Counted from the stretch's first letter, positions 13,813-26,979 are shown. The stretch: 64,000 nt of DNA from Mobula hypostoma (GCF_963921235.1 NC_086118.1:18788001-18852000), one strand, 5' to 3'. Notes: a model not told the origin generated them from the sequence alone. Made by a program: numbers and translations.

Positions 13813-14412
13813 GAAAGCAAGAAGATTCTTCACTCAGATGGTTTCTCTACTTGCTTACCAGAAACTCAGTCCCTCAATTCTGTCCCCACTCAGCCAACTA
13901 ATTGATAATTATTAAACCGCACACAGCTTTGTTCATTAAATACCATATTTACTGTGGATCCACAGGATGACTCTCTCCTGACTATGTATTACCTCTAGCT
14001 ATGAACTGCCATTGGACTAGTCATGTCCACTTATCGTAACAGAGTATTCCAGGTTGTCTGATGAAAGTCATGACAGAGTTAAATATACCGGGCTATTTCT
14101 TGATTTGTCTATGAGCTTTGCAGATTTAGATATTAATGTTCAAGTATTTTCTAGAAGAGATTGGACTGTCTGAGTCCATTGTGTAGGAATGGAGAACTAT
14201 TTACTCTGGTTTTATTTGTTCAGTACTTTTTATTGAAACAGTCTAACTCAGAATTTCTTGTGTTCATGAACTAACTAAATATCTTGTTTGATGAAAGTCT
14301 TAACTGAGTTAAAAATATTAAGCTATTGCTTGATTTGTCTACAGCAGAACTCTGGAGATTTCAGTATAATGAAATATTGAAATTTCTCCTTCTGCTAAAT
14401 GAATATTCATTT

Positions 14413-14500
14413 TCATAGATGCTGCCTGACGTGCTGAGTTCCTCCAGCATTTTGTGTGTGTTGCTTTGGATTTCCAGCATCTGCAGACTTTCTCTTGTTT
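14413..14500 (+). mobile_element. Penelope-like terminal repeat 3' half
   Basis: CATAGATGCTGCCTGACGTGCTGAGTTCCTCCAGCATTTTGTGTGTGTTGC, near-identical to 45612-45685. Confidence 0.7.
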
Positions 14501-14914
14501 ATCTTGTTTGCCAATTTTAGAAAGCAGTTAACAGTTAACGACATGACTAGGTCACATATACAACAGTCAGCAGGTTCACTTGATAATTAATGTAATAGTG
14601 ACTATTGAAGAAACAGCTTTTCATTCTTAGCGGAAATGCTGAATTCTATAATAAAAACCACCTGGACTCCCATCATTTTCTGTTTACACTGTACACTCCA
14701 AAACATGTAAATTAACATCATCATCTACTTTTTTCACAACTGTCTCCACTATATCAAAACTGAAATAATAGTTGCACCATTCAAATAGCATGCTATAGTT
14801 CTCAGATTAATAATTCTTGAATTTTTTATTGTTGGCTATGTCTTTCACCAAGTCCTTCACGTAGACATCCACAAAGGAGAAACAGATAACAATTGCAGGC
14901 ACCAAGCACTGCTT

Positions 14915-15118
14915 ATAAACGCAGGGGATTCTACAGATGTTGGAAATCTTGAGTCAGGCAGCATCTATGGAGGGGGATAAACATTTCAGGCCAACACCTT
15001 TCATCAAGACCTGATCAGGACTCTTCCCTGACGAAGGACCTTGACCTGAAACATCAGCTGTTTATTCCCCTCAATGCACGCTGTGTGATTTCAGTTTCTC
15101 CAGCATTTGTGTATGTAG
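14915..15118. mobile_element. Two Penelope-like terminal repeats in inverted orientation
   Basis: Minus-strand copy ~14915-15010 followed by plus-strand copy ~15026-15118 carrying CTGACGA...GAAAC. Confidence 0.65.
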
Positions 15119-16129
15119 CCTAATCACAGCTGCAGTCAACAGACAACTCTTTGTTATATATATTTTTCAATGCTTTCAAACTCATTTTGTGGAGATGGAG
15201 CCTGCATTCTCACTTTAACAGCCACAGGCATCTTGGATGATGAATTTATTATTCCCTTGTATCCAGTTTAAAATTGTACCTTTGGCACAAACTAGCTCAT
15301 ACTGGCATCTGTTCTGGAATACACTTTTACATCTGAGCGGCCGGTTACTTGCACAAACCAATGAGACTACGTAATCTGAAATATACAGAATATACAGTAT
15401 ATATTGTATTTACTAATTACTGATTCGTGAATTGCTTGCTGCACTGATTACTCTGAGTGTAATTACAGAGTAATCCCAGGGAGCAGAGTACATTTGACTC
15501 TTGCACATAGTGAACTCAAGCCAGAGGCAACATATTCAGTGATTGTTCAACGGGAGGGAATTGCTCTTTGTGTTTGGAATGTGTTCTGCTCAACAAAGGT
15601 TCCACTAAGTAAAGTAGATGTATGCTGAAAGGGAGGGAAATCGCTATTAGTTTTTATAAACCCAAGTAAATGAAAACATTATACAGACCAGGAATGTACA
15701 GTGTGCTTCTAAGACAAGGTGAAGTGTTTTACTGTGTTTTAAGAATATCCACTGGTTAAAGTACAAGTGGTGTGGAGGCATACTTTGCTATTTCTTGCAT
15801 TACTGACATTTTCTTTCTCTGTATTGTCTACTCCACTTCAACAATTACTTTAAGGGAGAAGGTAAGGCACTGGAATTGGCTTCAGTCTCCTGGGTTATGA
15901 AACGGAAATCAGATAACAACTACACTCTATATTAAGATTTAGTCCTATCTGCTGGGAGATTTAGCATTTCCATAAGAAATAAAAGGAGCTGATTAGGCCC
16001 ATCACATCAATGCCAGCTCAAAAATTATTCCCATCAATCCCATTCCCAATCTATGTCCCTGTAACATTGTCTCATCCATATAACCTTCAACTCCTCACCT
16101 GATATTGAAGCAGATATTCCTAATGTCTA

Positions 16130-16636
16130 AGCGGGACAATCTTAGATTACAGGAAGATATTGATCAGTTTGTACAGTGGCCAGAACAAGAGCAGATGGAA
16201 TTTAATCCTAATGAGTGTGAAGTGATTCACTTTGGGAGGACTAATAAGGAAAGGGCATGCAAAATGAATAATAGGGCTTTGTGAAACAGAAGAAACTTGT
16301 TGCACATATCTAAGGACCTCTAAAGGTTGCAGCACAAGTACATTGGTTAGCAAAGAAGACGTGTTGGATAGTAGCCCTTGTCAGTCAACCACATACGATC
16401 AGATAGGTTATGGTACAATTTTATGGAACATTATTCCATAGCTAGAACATTATGTACAGTTTTGCACATAATACTATGCGCAGTTATACCACCAATGGAT
16501 GGACATGGTTGTGCTAGAGAAGATACGGAGAAGATTCACCAGAGTTTTGTATTAGGACAAGAGTCTGGATTGGCTAGGTTCAATTTTCTTGAAGCAAGGT
16601 TATCCTAACTGAGATATACAAAATGATTTGGAATAT

Positions 16637-16670
<34 letters not shown>

Positions 16671-17090
16671 CCGTTGACTCAGGCCTGAGAGGCCAGCGTC
16701 AGGCCTTTTCATGCCTTACAAGGCGCGGAACGAGAGACTGTGTGGTGCGCCACTCCTCACGCAGACATATTGGAGTATTGATATTAGGAAAACTTCCACC
16801 ATAATAGAGAAGTCAAAAAATAGAGCTGTCAAAAAATAGAGCTTAGTTTTAGAATGAGAAAGAAAGTTACTTTCTTGACCCAGGGCTGTTTGGAATCTGG
16901 AAAGCACCACAGGAGTGAGTTGTGGAAGTGAAGTCTCTCACCACATTTAGGAAGTACCGAGACGTGTACTCAAATTGCCAACAGACAGAGGCCCATGGAC
17001 CAAATGTTAATAAATGAGACTAGTGTAAATGAGTTTTTGATGGTTAGCACACACATTATGAGTTGAATGGCCTGTTTCTGTGCTGGATGA
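16130..17090 (+). mobile_element. Old CR1 3' fragment, interrupted at 16641-16769
   Basis: WPEQEQMEFNPNECEVIHFG remnant at ~16175-16235; CR1-type 3' UTR. Confidence 0.65.
16641..16769 (-). mobile_element. Short 5'-truncated retroelement 3' end with (ATC)n tail
   Basis: (GAT)n run at 16638-16670; flanking direct repeat TTGGA(A/G)TATTGAT at 16628-16640 and 16770-16782; CpG retained. Confidence 0.65.
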
Positions 17091-17949
17091 CACAGATGAC
17101 ACATTGACTCTAATTCCTCCTGTTTTTCCAGCTACCAAATTACACCAGGAGCATTTTACAGGAGTTAACTAAGTAATAGCACATTTTTGGGCCACAGCTG
17201 AGAAACAGAACATCCAGAAGAAATCCAGTCAATGGAAGGACATACAATTTCATTTAGACAGCACCCTGGCTCAGAGTTAAACGCAGGTGGCTGGAACTAT
17301 GCAAGAACAACACTACTGTCTACTCCACTGGGTTCAACTACAGTTCAAATGTGTTAACATACTACTCAAATAGCCTGCTAACATTTAAATAATGGTGTGT
17401 GTTACTTAATTTTGTAAACTAACAAACTGTGCCAAGTTCCTGTGGAATGGAAATATTGAGGAATCCATGCCTTTTCTTCTTTATAAAAAATCACTAATAA
17501 ATATCCCCACTTCTGATATTACGTTGGAGGAAAGGTCTTTGATAATGCGACTAAACATAATGTCACCTGGGCACTCCCCAGATGATCTTCTTCAGTGCTG
17601 CCTTAGGGCTAGGATGATTGAGGATCCAACAATCACAACCAGCTTCCTTTCCACGAGGAGTGACTCCAGCCACTAGAGAGTATTTCCATTGATGCCTCTT
17701 GACTTCAGTTTTACCAGGACTAGTTGAAAGACCTGGACAGCAGTTGTCTTAAATTCTGCTCACTCTCACCTCACTTCTAGAATAAAGCTCTTTGGACCAA
17801 GACCGTGATGAGGTATAGTACCAAGCGAGATTCGGTGGGCAGCTTATTGGACAGATGTTGACAATCTCCATCACTATATTAATGATTAAGAGTAGAACAA
17901 GTGGTCAGCATTGTCTAGATAGGATTTGTCTCGAGGCGTTTTCAACATT

Positions 17950-19045
17950 AGAACCATAGAACCATAGAACATTACATTACAGCACAGGCCTTTTGGCCCT
18001 TCTTGGCTGTACCGAACCAATTTTCTGCCTAGTCCCACTGACCTGCACCTGGACCATATCCCTCCATACACCTCTCATCCATGTACCTGTCCAACTTATT
18101 CTTAAATGTTAAAAGTGAGCCCGCATTTACTACTTCATCTGGTAGCTCATTCCACACTCCCACCACTCTCTGTGTGAAGAAGCCCACCCTAATCCCGGAG
18201 AAGTGTGAGGTAGTACACTTTGGAAGGACAAACTCCAAGGCAGAGTACAAAGTAGATGGCAGGATACTCGGTAGTGTGGAGGAGCAGAGGGATCTGGGAG
18301 TACATGTCCACAGATCCCTGAAAGTTGCCTCACAGGTAGATAGGGTAGTTAAGAAAGCTTTCATAAATCGAGGGATAGAGTTTAAGAGTCACAAGGTAAT
18401 GATGCAGCTCTATAAAACTCTGGTTAGGCCACACTTGGAATACTGCATCCAGTTCTGGTCGCCTCACTATAGGAAGGATGTGGAAGCATTGGAAAGGGTA
18501 TAGAGGAGATTTACCAGGATGCTGCCTGGTTTAGAGAGCATGGATTATGATCAGAGATTAAGGGAGCTAGGGCTTTACTCTTTGGAGAGAAGGAGGATGA
18601 GAGGAGACATGATAGAGGTGTACAAGATATTAAGAGGAATAGATAGAGTGGACAGCCAGCGCCTCTTCCCCAGGGTACCACTGCTCAATACAAGAGGACA
18701 TGGCTTTAAGGTAAGGGGTGGGAAGTTCAAGGGGGATATTAGAGTAAGGTTTTTTACTCAGAGAGTGGCTGGTGCATGGAATACACTGCCTGAGTCAGTG
18801 GTGGAGGCAGATACACTAGTGAAATTTAAGAGACTACTAGACAGGTATATGGAGGAATTTAAGGTGGGGGGTTATATGGGAGGCAGGGTTTGAGGGTCAG
18901 CACAACAATGTGGGCTGAAGGGCCTGTACTGTGCTGTACTATTCTATGCTCTATGTTCTAATGTTCCCTTTAAACTTTTCCCCCTTTCCCTTAACCCATG
19001 TCCTCTGTTTTTTTTTTCTCCCCTAGCCTCAGTGGAAAAAGCCTG
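17950..19045 (-). mobile_element. CR1 3' fragment (host), interrupted by an antisense CR1
   Basis: (TAGAACCA)n tail at ~17949-17970; FFTQRVVGVWNELP in ORF 18029..18364(-); resumes at ~18961. Confidence 0.85.
18194..18960 (+). mobile_element. Young CR1 3' fragment
   Basis: ORFs 18081..18503 and 18519..18893 (KCEVVHFGR, VRPHLEYCIQFWSP, FFTQRV); CTAAT on both sides. Confidence 0.9.
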
Positions 19046-19419
19046 CTTACATTCACTCTATCTATACCCATCATAATCTTACATATCTAACATTGTTGGG
19101 TATAATATCTGCATTTTTCTTGTAAAGGAACAGTTTAGCTAAAGTAAATATCTTTAATACTACAGCCGGGGTACTACCTTGTCCCACAGATTTTTATTGT
19201 AACCTGTGTAGACTGCAGTGAATTACATTAAGTTATCTGAAGATTTACTGTCACACAGCATGATTGGGGTGAACTTGCTGTGGATTTTATTTTCATAAAG
19301 AATGATGCTGGTAGGAATAGCACTGCACAGTTCTTGAGCAGTTTCCATACTGGCAGCAACCTCTCTTCTGCTATGTCATGCTATATGTGATAGAATACAA
19401 ATAGACATAGCAGTTCAGA

Positions 19420-19965
19420 AGGACATTGGTTATTGAAGCTGGACATTATGTTGCAGTCGTTTAAGCCATTGATGAGACCATACTCAGAGTACTGTGTATT
19501 GTTTTGGTCACACTGGTATATGAAAGATATGGTTAAACTGGAAAGAATGAAAAAAGAGATTCATGAGGATGCTTCTAGGACTTGAGGGCCTGAGTTAAAG
19601 AGAGAGGTTGACCAGGCCAAGTTTTGGAACGTAGGGGAATGAGGGACGACCTGAAATTATGAGAGGATGAGAGGTATAGATAAGGTGGATGGTAACATAC
19701 TTTTCATAGGGGCCATAGATTTTTGGTGAGAGTGGAAAGCTTTAGAAGGGCAACTTTTTCACACTGAGGCTGCTGAGCATATGGAATGAGCTAGCAGAGG
19801 AAGTGGTGGAAACATTTATGAAGCACTTGGGTAGGCACATGGAGGAGCAGGGCTTAGTGTGATGTGAACCAAACACCAGGAACTGGAACTAGCTGGGTAG
19901 GCACCTTGGTCGGCACGGATATATTGGCCAAAGGTCCCGCATCTGTGCTGTATTGCTCTATGACT
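19420..19965 (+). mobile_element. CR1 3' fragment, decayed
   Basis: MRPYSEYCVLFWS remnant; CR1-type 3' UTR. Confidence 0.7.
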
Positions 19966-21139
19966 ACGATTCTAGGCACCCATGAAGTGTTGTGGTCTAG
20001 GAGAAGCAGAATTTCAATGCATCACAACTTACAACCACATGGCTCAGCGAAGAGAAGCTAGTAAATCTCAAAGTGAGGTGGTGCAACTCAGGTCCAGATT
20101 GAGCTAAACAACTAATAAATCAGATGAAGGTTTAGTATACTGCCACAATCAATCATGAATGGTGGGGAGCAGACAGAAAATTAAATGAAAGTACTTCGTG
20201 GGCTAGGATAAACATTTGACTATAACAGAAAGGACATTTTCAGCCCTAAGTGTAGAATTAATGCTTTTTATCTTTGTCCACTCCTAAAGTCTTTACAGAT
20301 ATCTCTCTGATATCTTGAAATGACAGGATCATTGGATACAAAAGATATAGCCTCAACAGCACCCCTTCTTTGGTGGTAGGGATGTGCCTAGCATTGTCCA
20401 TGCCTCTGACCAAGCTGTTCCATTAAAACTGCAACGTTGAGAACTACCGAACAAAAATGAGAATTGCTGATATATACCAAGCCCAACACAGTTGGGTAAA
20501 AACAAACTGGCCTATTAGTTTGTTCGCAGATATTGGTAATGTAATGAAAAGGGATGCCAAATGTGATATCAAGTGACAGCTAATCAACAAGTACCCACTG
20601 ACCACTGTGCGGTTTGTTCTTTACTAGGAGAACTCAAATTCAGATCTTACGCCAGCCATGATCCCAAAACAAAACTGGAAAAAAGAAAGAATTCCAAGTA
20701 AATATTGAGAGCGTGTACCCTTGGTATCAATGAAACATTGCCCTAGTAAGATAGAAGTCAGGCCAAATCAAAATTAAACTTCTCATTGCTTCTGGTTGTT
20801 GGAGGCCAATTGATTCACTCTCATGATGGTACTAAACTTCCAGGCCCAAGCACTCCTGGATTCATTACTATCCTGTGTTATGATATCAGGACTGGGGATG
20901 ACTCTTAACTCTAATAATCTCAGAGATTGTGCCTACATTCAGCAAGGCACTATACAGCTTTCGGCTGACAAGTTTCAATTATGGTTTGATCCACATAAAT
21001 ATGTAGCAGAATCAAAAGCAGCTAGATAGAACATAATCTGTTACTAATTACTAATCACCCATCTCCCCAATGCTTTTTCACCAACAGCAAAGCATAAATC
21101 AAGAATTCAGTGGAATTATCTCCACTTGCATAGATGTAT

Positions 21140-21680
21140 TCAATTCTGGTCACCACCTTATAGGAATGATGTCAAAGATTTGCAGAGGGTGCAGATGATG
21201 TTCATCAGAATGCTACCCAGATTAGACGGCATGTGCAATAAGTGGAATTTGGACAAACTTACATTGTTTTATTTCTGGAGCAGTGGAGGCTGAAGGCAGA
21301 TATGATAGAGGTTTATATTATTAGGTAAGAGGGGCATAAACAGAGTAGACAGCCAGGATATTTCCCCCAAGTTGAAATGTCTAATACCAGAGAGCATACA
21401 TTTAATGTGACGGGGGTAAATTCAAATGGGATGTGCGGGACAAGTTTTCCTTTACACAGAGCGTGGTGGGTGCCTGGAATGCACTGACTGGGGTGGTGGT
21501 AGACACAATTACAATAGAAGTACCTTAGATAGGCACATGAATGTGCAGGAAATGGAAGGAGATGGACATTGTATTGGCAGAAGTGGTAGTTTAGTTTGTC
21601 ATTTGAATAGCAATTTAAATAGTCTGGCATAATATTTTGGGCAGAAGGGCGTGTCCTGTGCCGTGCAGTTCTATGTTCTT
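21140..21680 (+). mobile_element. CR1 3' fragment
   Basis: FWSPPYRNDV; TTTACACAGAGCGTGGTGGGTGCCTGGAA; TTCTATGTTCT tail. Confidence 0.75.
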
Positions 21681-22249
21681 GTCTATTGGTCAAAAATGCT
21701 CAGGCAGTTCAAGGCCATCACAGACAAAGCAACGCTCTAGTTTGGCACTCCTTAAACATTCCCTTTCTTCACCATGAACATACAGTGGCTAGTATGCATA
21801 TCATTAAGATGATGCACGGCTTATTGAGATTTTGTTGGCAGTGCTTGCCAAAACCATTGACTCCAGAAGGTCCAAGGGTTCTCATGCAAAAAAAGGTGAG
21901 TGGGCAACTCCCTGTTTGACAATGCTAAAGGGATAACTTCATCAGAATGTCTGTGGTGATCCAAATTCACTATCACTTTCTCAATGGCAATCAAGGAGAT
22001 GCAAATTATAAACTAGTCCTGCCAAAGATACCGTCATGAATTAAATACTTTCATAAATGAATAAAACAAATAATTGTTGAACAAATAGCCTGACTCTATG
22101 TATTGTATTTCTACTCAGGCATCTTGCATTTTTACATGATAGTCTTTTAAAATATGAGCTGTTTATTAACTTAGATGCAATATTCTAATGCACTAGCTTT
22201 TTTAAATTTGAAAAGAGCTAACTAGTCTGAAAACTAATGTGGTAAACTA

Positions 22250-23130
22250 GATCTGCAAATTTGCAGATGACACCGAAGTTGGGGGTGCCGTGGACAGCAA
22301 GGAAGACTATCAAAGCTAGCTATAGGATCTGCACCAGCTGGAAAATGGGCTGAAAAATTGTGGGTGGAATTTAATGCAGACAAATATGACGTATTGCACT
22401 TTGGGAGGACAATTCAGAATAACACTTACACATGAGTGTCAGGGCACTGAGAAGTACAGTAGATCAGAGGGAGCTGGGAATACAGGAAGTGGTTTCACAG
22501 GTAGACAGGGTCGTAAAGAAAGCTTTTGGCACATTGGCCTTCATAAATCAAAATACTGAATACAGGAGTTAGGATATTATATTGAAGTTGTATAAGACAT
22601 TGGCGAGACCTAATTTGGAGTATTATGTGCAGTTTTGGTCACCTACATAGAAGAAAGGAATCAATAAGATTGAAAAAGTGCTGAGGAAATTTGTAAGGAT
22701 GTTGACAGGACTTGAGGACCTGAGTTATAGGGAAAGGTTAAATAGGTTAGGAGTTTATTCCATAAAATGTAGGAGAATGAGGGGAGGTTTGACAGAGGTA
22801 TACAAAATTATGATGGGTGTACGCAGGATAAATGGAAACAAGATCTTTCGACTGAGGTTGAGTGAGACGAGAAATAGAGGTCATGAGTTAGGGGTTTAAG
22901 GGGAACATGAGAGGGACTTTATTTACTCAGTAAGAGTGAGAGTGTGGAACGAGCTGACAGCGGGAGTGGCGGATGCAGGATCAACTTCAACATTTAAGAG
23001 TAACTTAGGTAAATGGATGGGAGGGGTATGAAAGGCTATGGTCCAGGTGCAGGTCAATGGGACTAGACATATCAATAGTTCAGCATGGACTAGATGGGTG
23101 AGAGATGGATGATGTGTCTGTACTGTTCTA
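22250..23130 (+). mobile_element. CR1 3' fragment from RT FADD motif to 3' UTR
   Basis: AAATTTGCAGATGACACC (KFADDT); ORF 22678..22899 LSYRERLNRLG. Confidence 0.8.
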
Positions 23131-24599
23131 AGACTGGTCTACCAAGACTGACGAACTTAACATGAAATTGATCAACATCTAAAACTACCCATTAGCAAAT
23201 AGCCCATTAAGAGGAGTGTGGAGCTTCCACAATCATGCTCACTGTTGCAATCACTTAAAGTATGCGATGGTTAACTGTTTATTCATGAGACTTTGATATA
23301 TCTTAGGACGTTGAAGGTGGCTGGAAAAGCTGAGGGAAAATGAACAAAAACAACAAATTAATAAAGTGCAGCAATGGTTCAATGAGGCATAATCTGACTA
23401 AACTATTCCGAAATGAGATCTGATAAGGGTAATCAAAATGTTTACAATGGTAGGTTGGAGGAGCAGATGGGGAGCATTTTAAAGTTAGTTGTATTTACCG
23501 GAGCTGAGCGTGAACCAGAAGAAACAAATCTCATTGAAAACTACCCTTGGATTCCCCATGAGCCTCCAGCAACAAGACTATGACAGTGGTTGAACTGCTT
23601 TACACTACAAACAAGTTTGACAATTTATAAATAATATATTTGTGAATGGATTGAGATATCTAGGTTATAGCTTGATATTTCTCCTGTCATTAATATGTTT
23701 CCTACATCAATTGCAATAAATTGCATCAAACTACACACAGTTCAAGCACAGAAATATGTGAACTGACCCAACAGCCTCATGTTGGTGATTTCACTCCATG
23801 TGAGCCTCTCCCATTATTCTTTTATCAACATTCTTTCTATTCCTCTCTCTTTCACACACTTGGTTAACTTTCCCTTAAGTGATGAAAGCTGTTAGTCTCA
23901 ACTATTCTATGTGTTATTAAATGCCGCACTATACCAATCTCCAGGCATTCATTATATATCGGTAGAAATCTAGAGTGTCTATGTTGGTTTACCTGCTACC
24001 TTTGTACGGAAACTTAATGGATATTTCTCGATAATCCATTCAAAGAATTAAAATGAGACTAAACCAGAAGAGCTAATCCTCAAGTAGGATTAATGTTTTA
24101 AACTCATTTAAAGATAAGGCTCTTTTCATCACCTATTTTTTTAAAAATGGTGTGATGTGATTTGAAACCTGCTTTAGATTGAAAAGATTTTCAGTAGCGC
24201 ATGAAGATAAATTTAATGATTCTTGATGAGACATAAACAATTTCATTATCTGAATAGTCTACATCTAAGGATTTATATTTTGACTTGGCTAGACTTCACA
24301 ATATTTCATTGTTACCTGTAGCTATGGATTACAGAAAGATTTATTCATAATATTGAACACAAGAGAATGATGAATACTTTAAATAATTACTAGCCAGTAA
24401 TTTCATCACATGATTTCATTGGACTGCATATTAGAGAAAACTTTAAACATGTCCATTTCATATAAACTGATAGTAAGGAACTTGAATTATAACGTGCATT
24501 TTAACACTTCACAGCAAATGAATTACTTAGAAATATAATCATTACTGGACTCTGGGTCAACACAGAAATCAATCCTCACACAATACGGTGCAATGATTA

Positions 24600-24850
24600 C
24601 ATTGGACAACAAATATTTTGCTTGCTGAATACTTTTGGGTGTACCTTATGGATTTTGGGCTGCAGATCATGAAAATCATCATGAAATTTCCCTATCATGC
24701 ACCATTTTTTAAAAAATTGCCAATATTTGTTATTTCAATTCAAAATTCTAGTCAGAACAACTGATGCCAAGACTAAGGAAGCCATTTTTCTTGGTCCACA
24801 AATCAAACAGGTAATCAATGACAGGCAGTTCAAAGAAATTCTAGTGGTAC
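24600..24850 (+). mobile_element. Probable Chapaev3 (CMC) DNA transposon left end with transposase remnant
   Basis: TDAKTKEAIFLGPQIKQVINDRQF in ORF 24697..24981 resembles the SDAKIKEGIFVGPQI motif; starts TTA|CATTGGACAAC (CAC-like terminus after TWA). No right end found. Confidence 0.5.
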
Positions 24851-25172
24851 TTCTGTTGGTGCTCTTGGTGAGGTCTGCATTTATTCTGTATACAAAACAA
24901 AACAAAATTCTTTGTGTTGTATTATTGGGTTTATTAATTCCAAATGGGGACTGGTGGAAACTTAGGTTAATATTTCATTGATCAGATGGAATGCTGGATT
25001 TGCATCTACTAAAATTATGTTCCTAAATTCTGAGTGGGACTAGAATAAGCAATCTCCTCCTTTAAGTGCAATGATCTGCATTTATAGAACAGTTATAATC
25101 TAGTAAAAAATTGCCAGTGAGGTAGGCTTTAAAGAGTGCCTTAAAATGAAGAAAAACAGAGAGTTGAGATAG

Positions 25173-25307
25173 TAAACACAAGAGATACTGCAGATACTGG
25201 AAATGCAGAGCAACGCATACAAAGTGCTGGAGGAACTTAGCACAACAGGCAACATCTACGGAAGGAAATAAATGTGTGATGATTTCAGCCGAGATTCTTC
25301 ATTAGGA
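25173..25307 (-). mobile_element. Penelope-like terminal repeat
   Basis: AAACACAAGAGATACTGCAGATACTGGAAAT...GCTGGAGGAACT, same family as 48860-48996. Confidence 0.65.
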
Positions 25308-25369
25308 CCCGTGATGTTCATCACACTAAAATGGAAGGACTACATATACAGTATCTGAGGAGTTCAGAG

Positions 25370-26253
25370 TTCATTAAGTTCAAAATTCAAAGTAAGTTTA
25401 TTAAAAAAAGTCCATTTATGTCACTATATACAACCCTATGCTTCGTTTTCTTGTAGGCGACTCAGTAAGCCCAAAAACCATAACAGAATCAATGAAAGAC
25501 CACACCCAACAGGGTAAATAACCAATGTGCGAAGGATTAACAAAATGTGTAAATACCAAAGAGAAAAAACAATCATAATAATAAAAAGGAATAAATATTG
25601 AGAACATGAGATGAAGAGTCACTAAAAGTGAGTCCATAGGTTGTGGAAACAGTTCGGTGATGGGATGACTGAAGTTGAATGAAGCTTTCCCCACTGGTTC
25701 AAGAGCCTGATGGTTGAGGGGAAATAACTGTTCCTGAACATGGTAGTGTGAGTCCTGAGGCTCTAGTACCTTCTTCCTGATGGCAGCAGCGAGATGACAG
25801 CATGGTCTTGGCACCAAGGTCCTTGATGATGGATGCTGCTTTCCTGCAACAGTGCTCCATCTAGATATACTCAATGGTGGGGAGGGCTTAACCCATGATG
25901 GACTGGACTACATCCATTACTTTTTGTAAGAGTTTCTGTTCAAGGGCATTGGTGTTTCCATACCAGGCTGTGAGGCAACAAATAGATATACTCTCCACTA
26001 CATATCTATAGAAGTTTGTCAAAGTATGAGATGTCATGCCGAATCTTCGTAAGCTTCTAAGGAAGCAGAGGCACTGCCATGCTTTCCTCGTAATTGCACT
26101 TACGTGATGGTCCCAGAATATATCTGAGGAATTTAATGTTACTGACCCTCTCCACCTTTGCTTCTCTGATGAGGACTGGCTAATAAATCTTCGGCTTCCT
26201 CCTTCTGAAGTCAATAATCAGCTGCTTGGTCTTGATGATATTGAGTGAGAGGT
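25370..26253 (-). mobile_element. Rex1/Babar LINE 3' ~0.9 kb
   Basis: RKAWQCLCFLRSLRRFGM..TLTNFYR.VVESI...AWYGN; TTCAAA-type tail; same family as 45768-46860. Confidence 0.85.
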
Positions 26254-26979
26254 TATAGAGTTGGATGAGATTACTAAAATGAGAGACGCAATGGAAAGAT
26301 TTGAGAATTTTAAAATGGAGACACAATTTAACCAGGAATCAACGCACTGAGTGGATGGAAATTAGTATAAATTGAGACAGCTTAATTTATGGTGAAGTCA
26401 GACCTATGGAGAATAACATGTTGGACATGTGGGATTATTATGGTCAACTTGAGGGATATCGATGAAGTTGCAGCTGAGGTAAGGGAGTGGAAAGAGGTTA
26501 CAAAGGAAGCAGCATGAGTATGCACTGCAGGAGATTCTCATTGGCTATCATAAGAATGGAGCCCAGGGAGTGCAACTAGTCAATTAAATGCAGATTTTGG
26601 AGAACGATGGCAAATTGTCAAAGTTTGTAAACTGATTAAAAAGGATGTGCTGGGATGGGTGATTCTTTGTATTCAACGTCCAATGTTGTACAAAAGTGCC
26701 AGATTTGATACCTAATATATAACAGTGCATTCTATATATATAATGCCTCATTTTATTGTGTTTTCAGATATTCCGTAGACATAATCATGTTCCTCTCCTT
26801 CCAAGAAGAAAAATTAGGTAAATGTTAGTTTTACTCCTAACAGGAAGAGCTTATAGAGTATTAAAATTGTCCCCTGACATTCATATTATTAAGAGTCCAC
26901 TGTATTCCCAATATAATTAATGTTCGGATAAGGATTTACCAGGTAAGGTAGATATTTCAGCCTGGTATAACTTCTCCAT

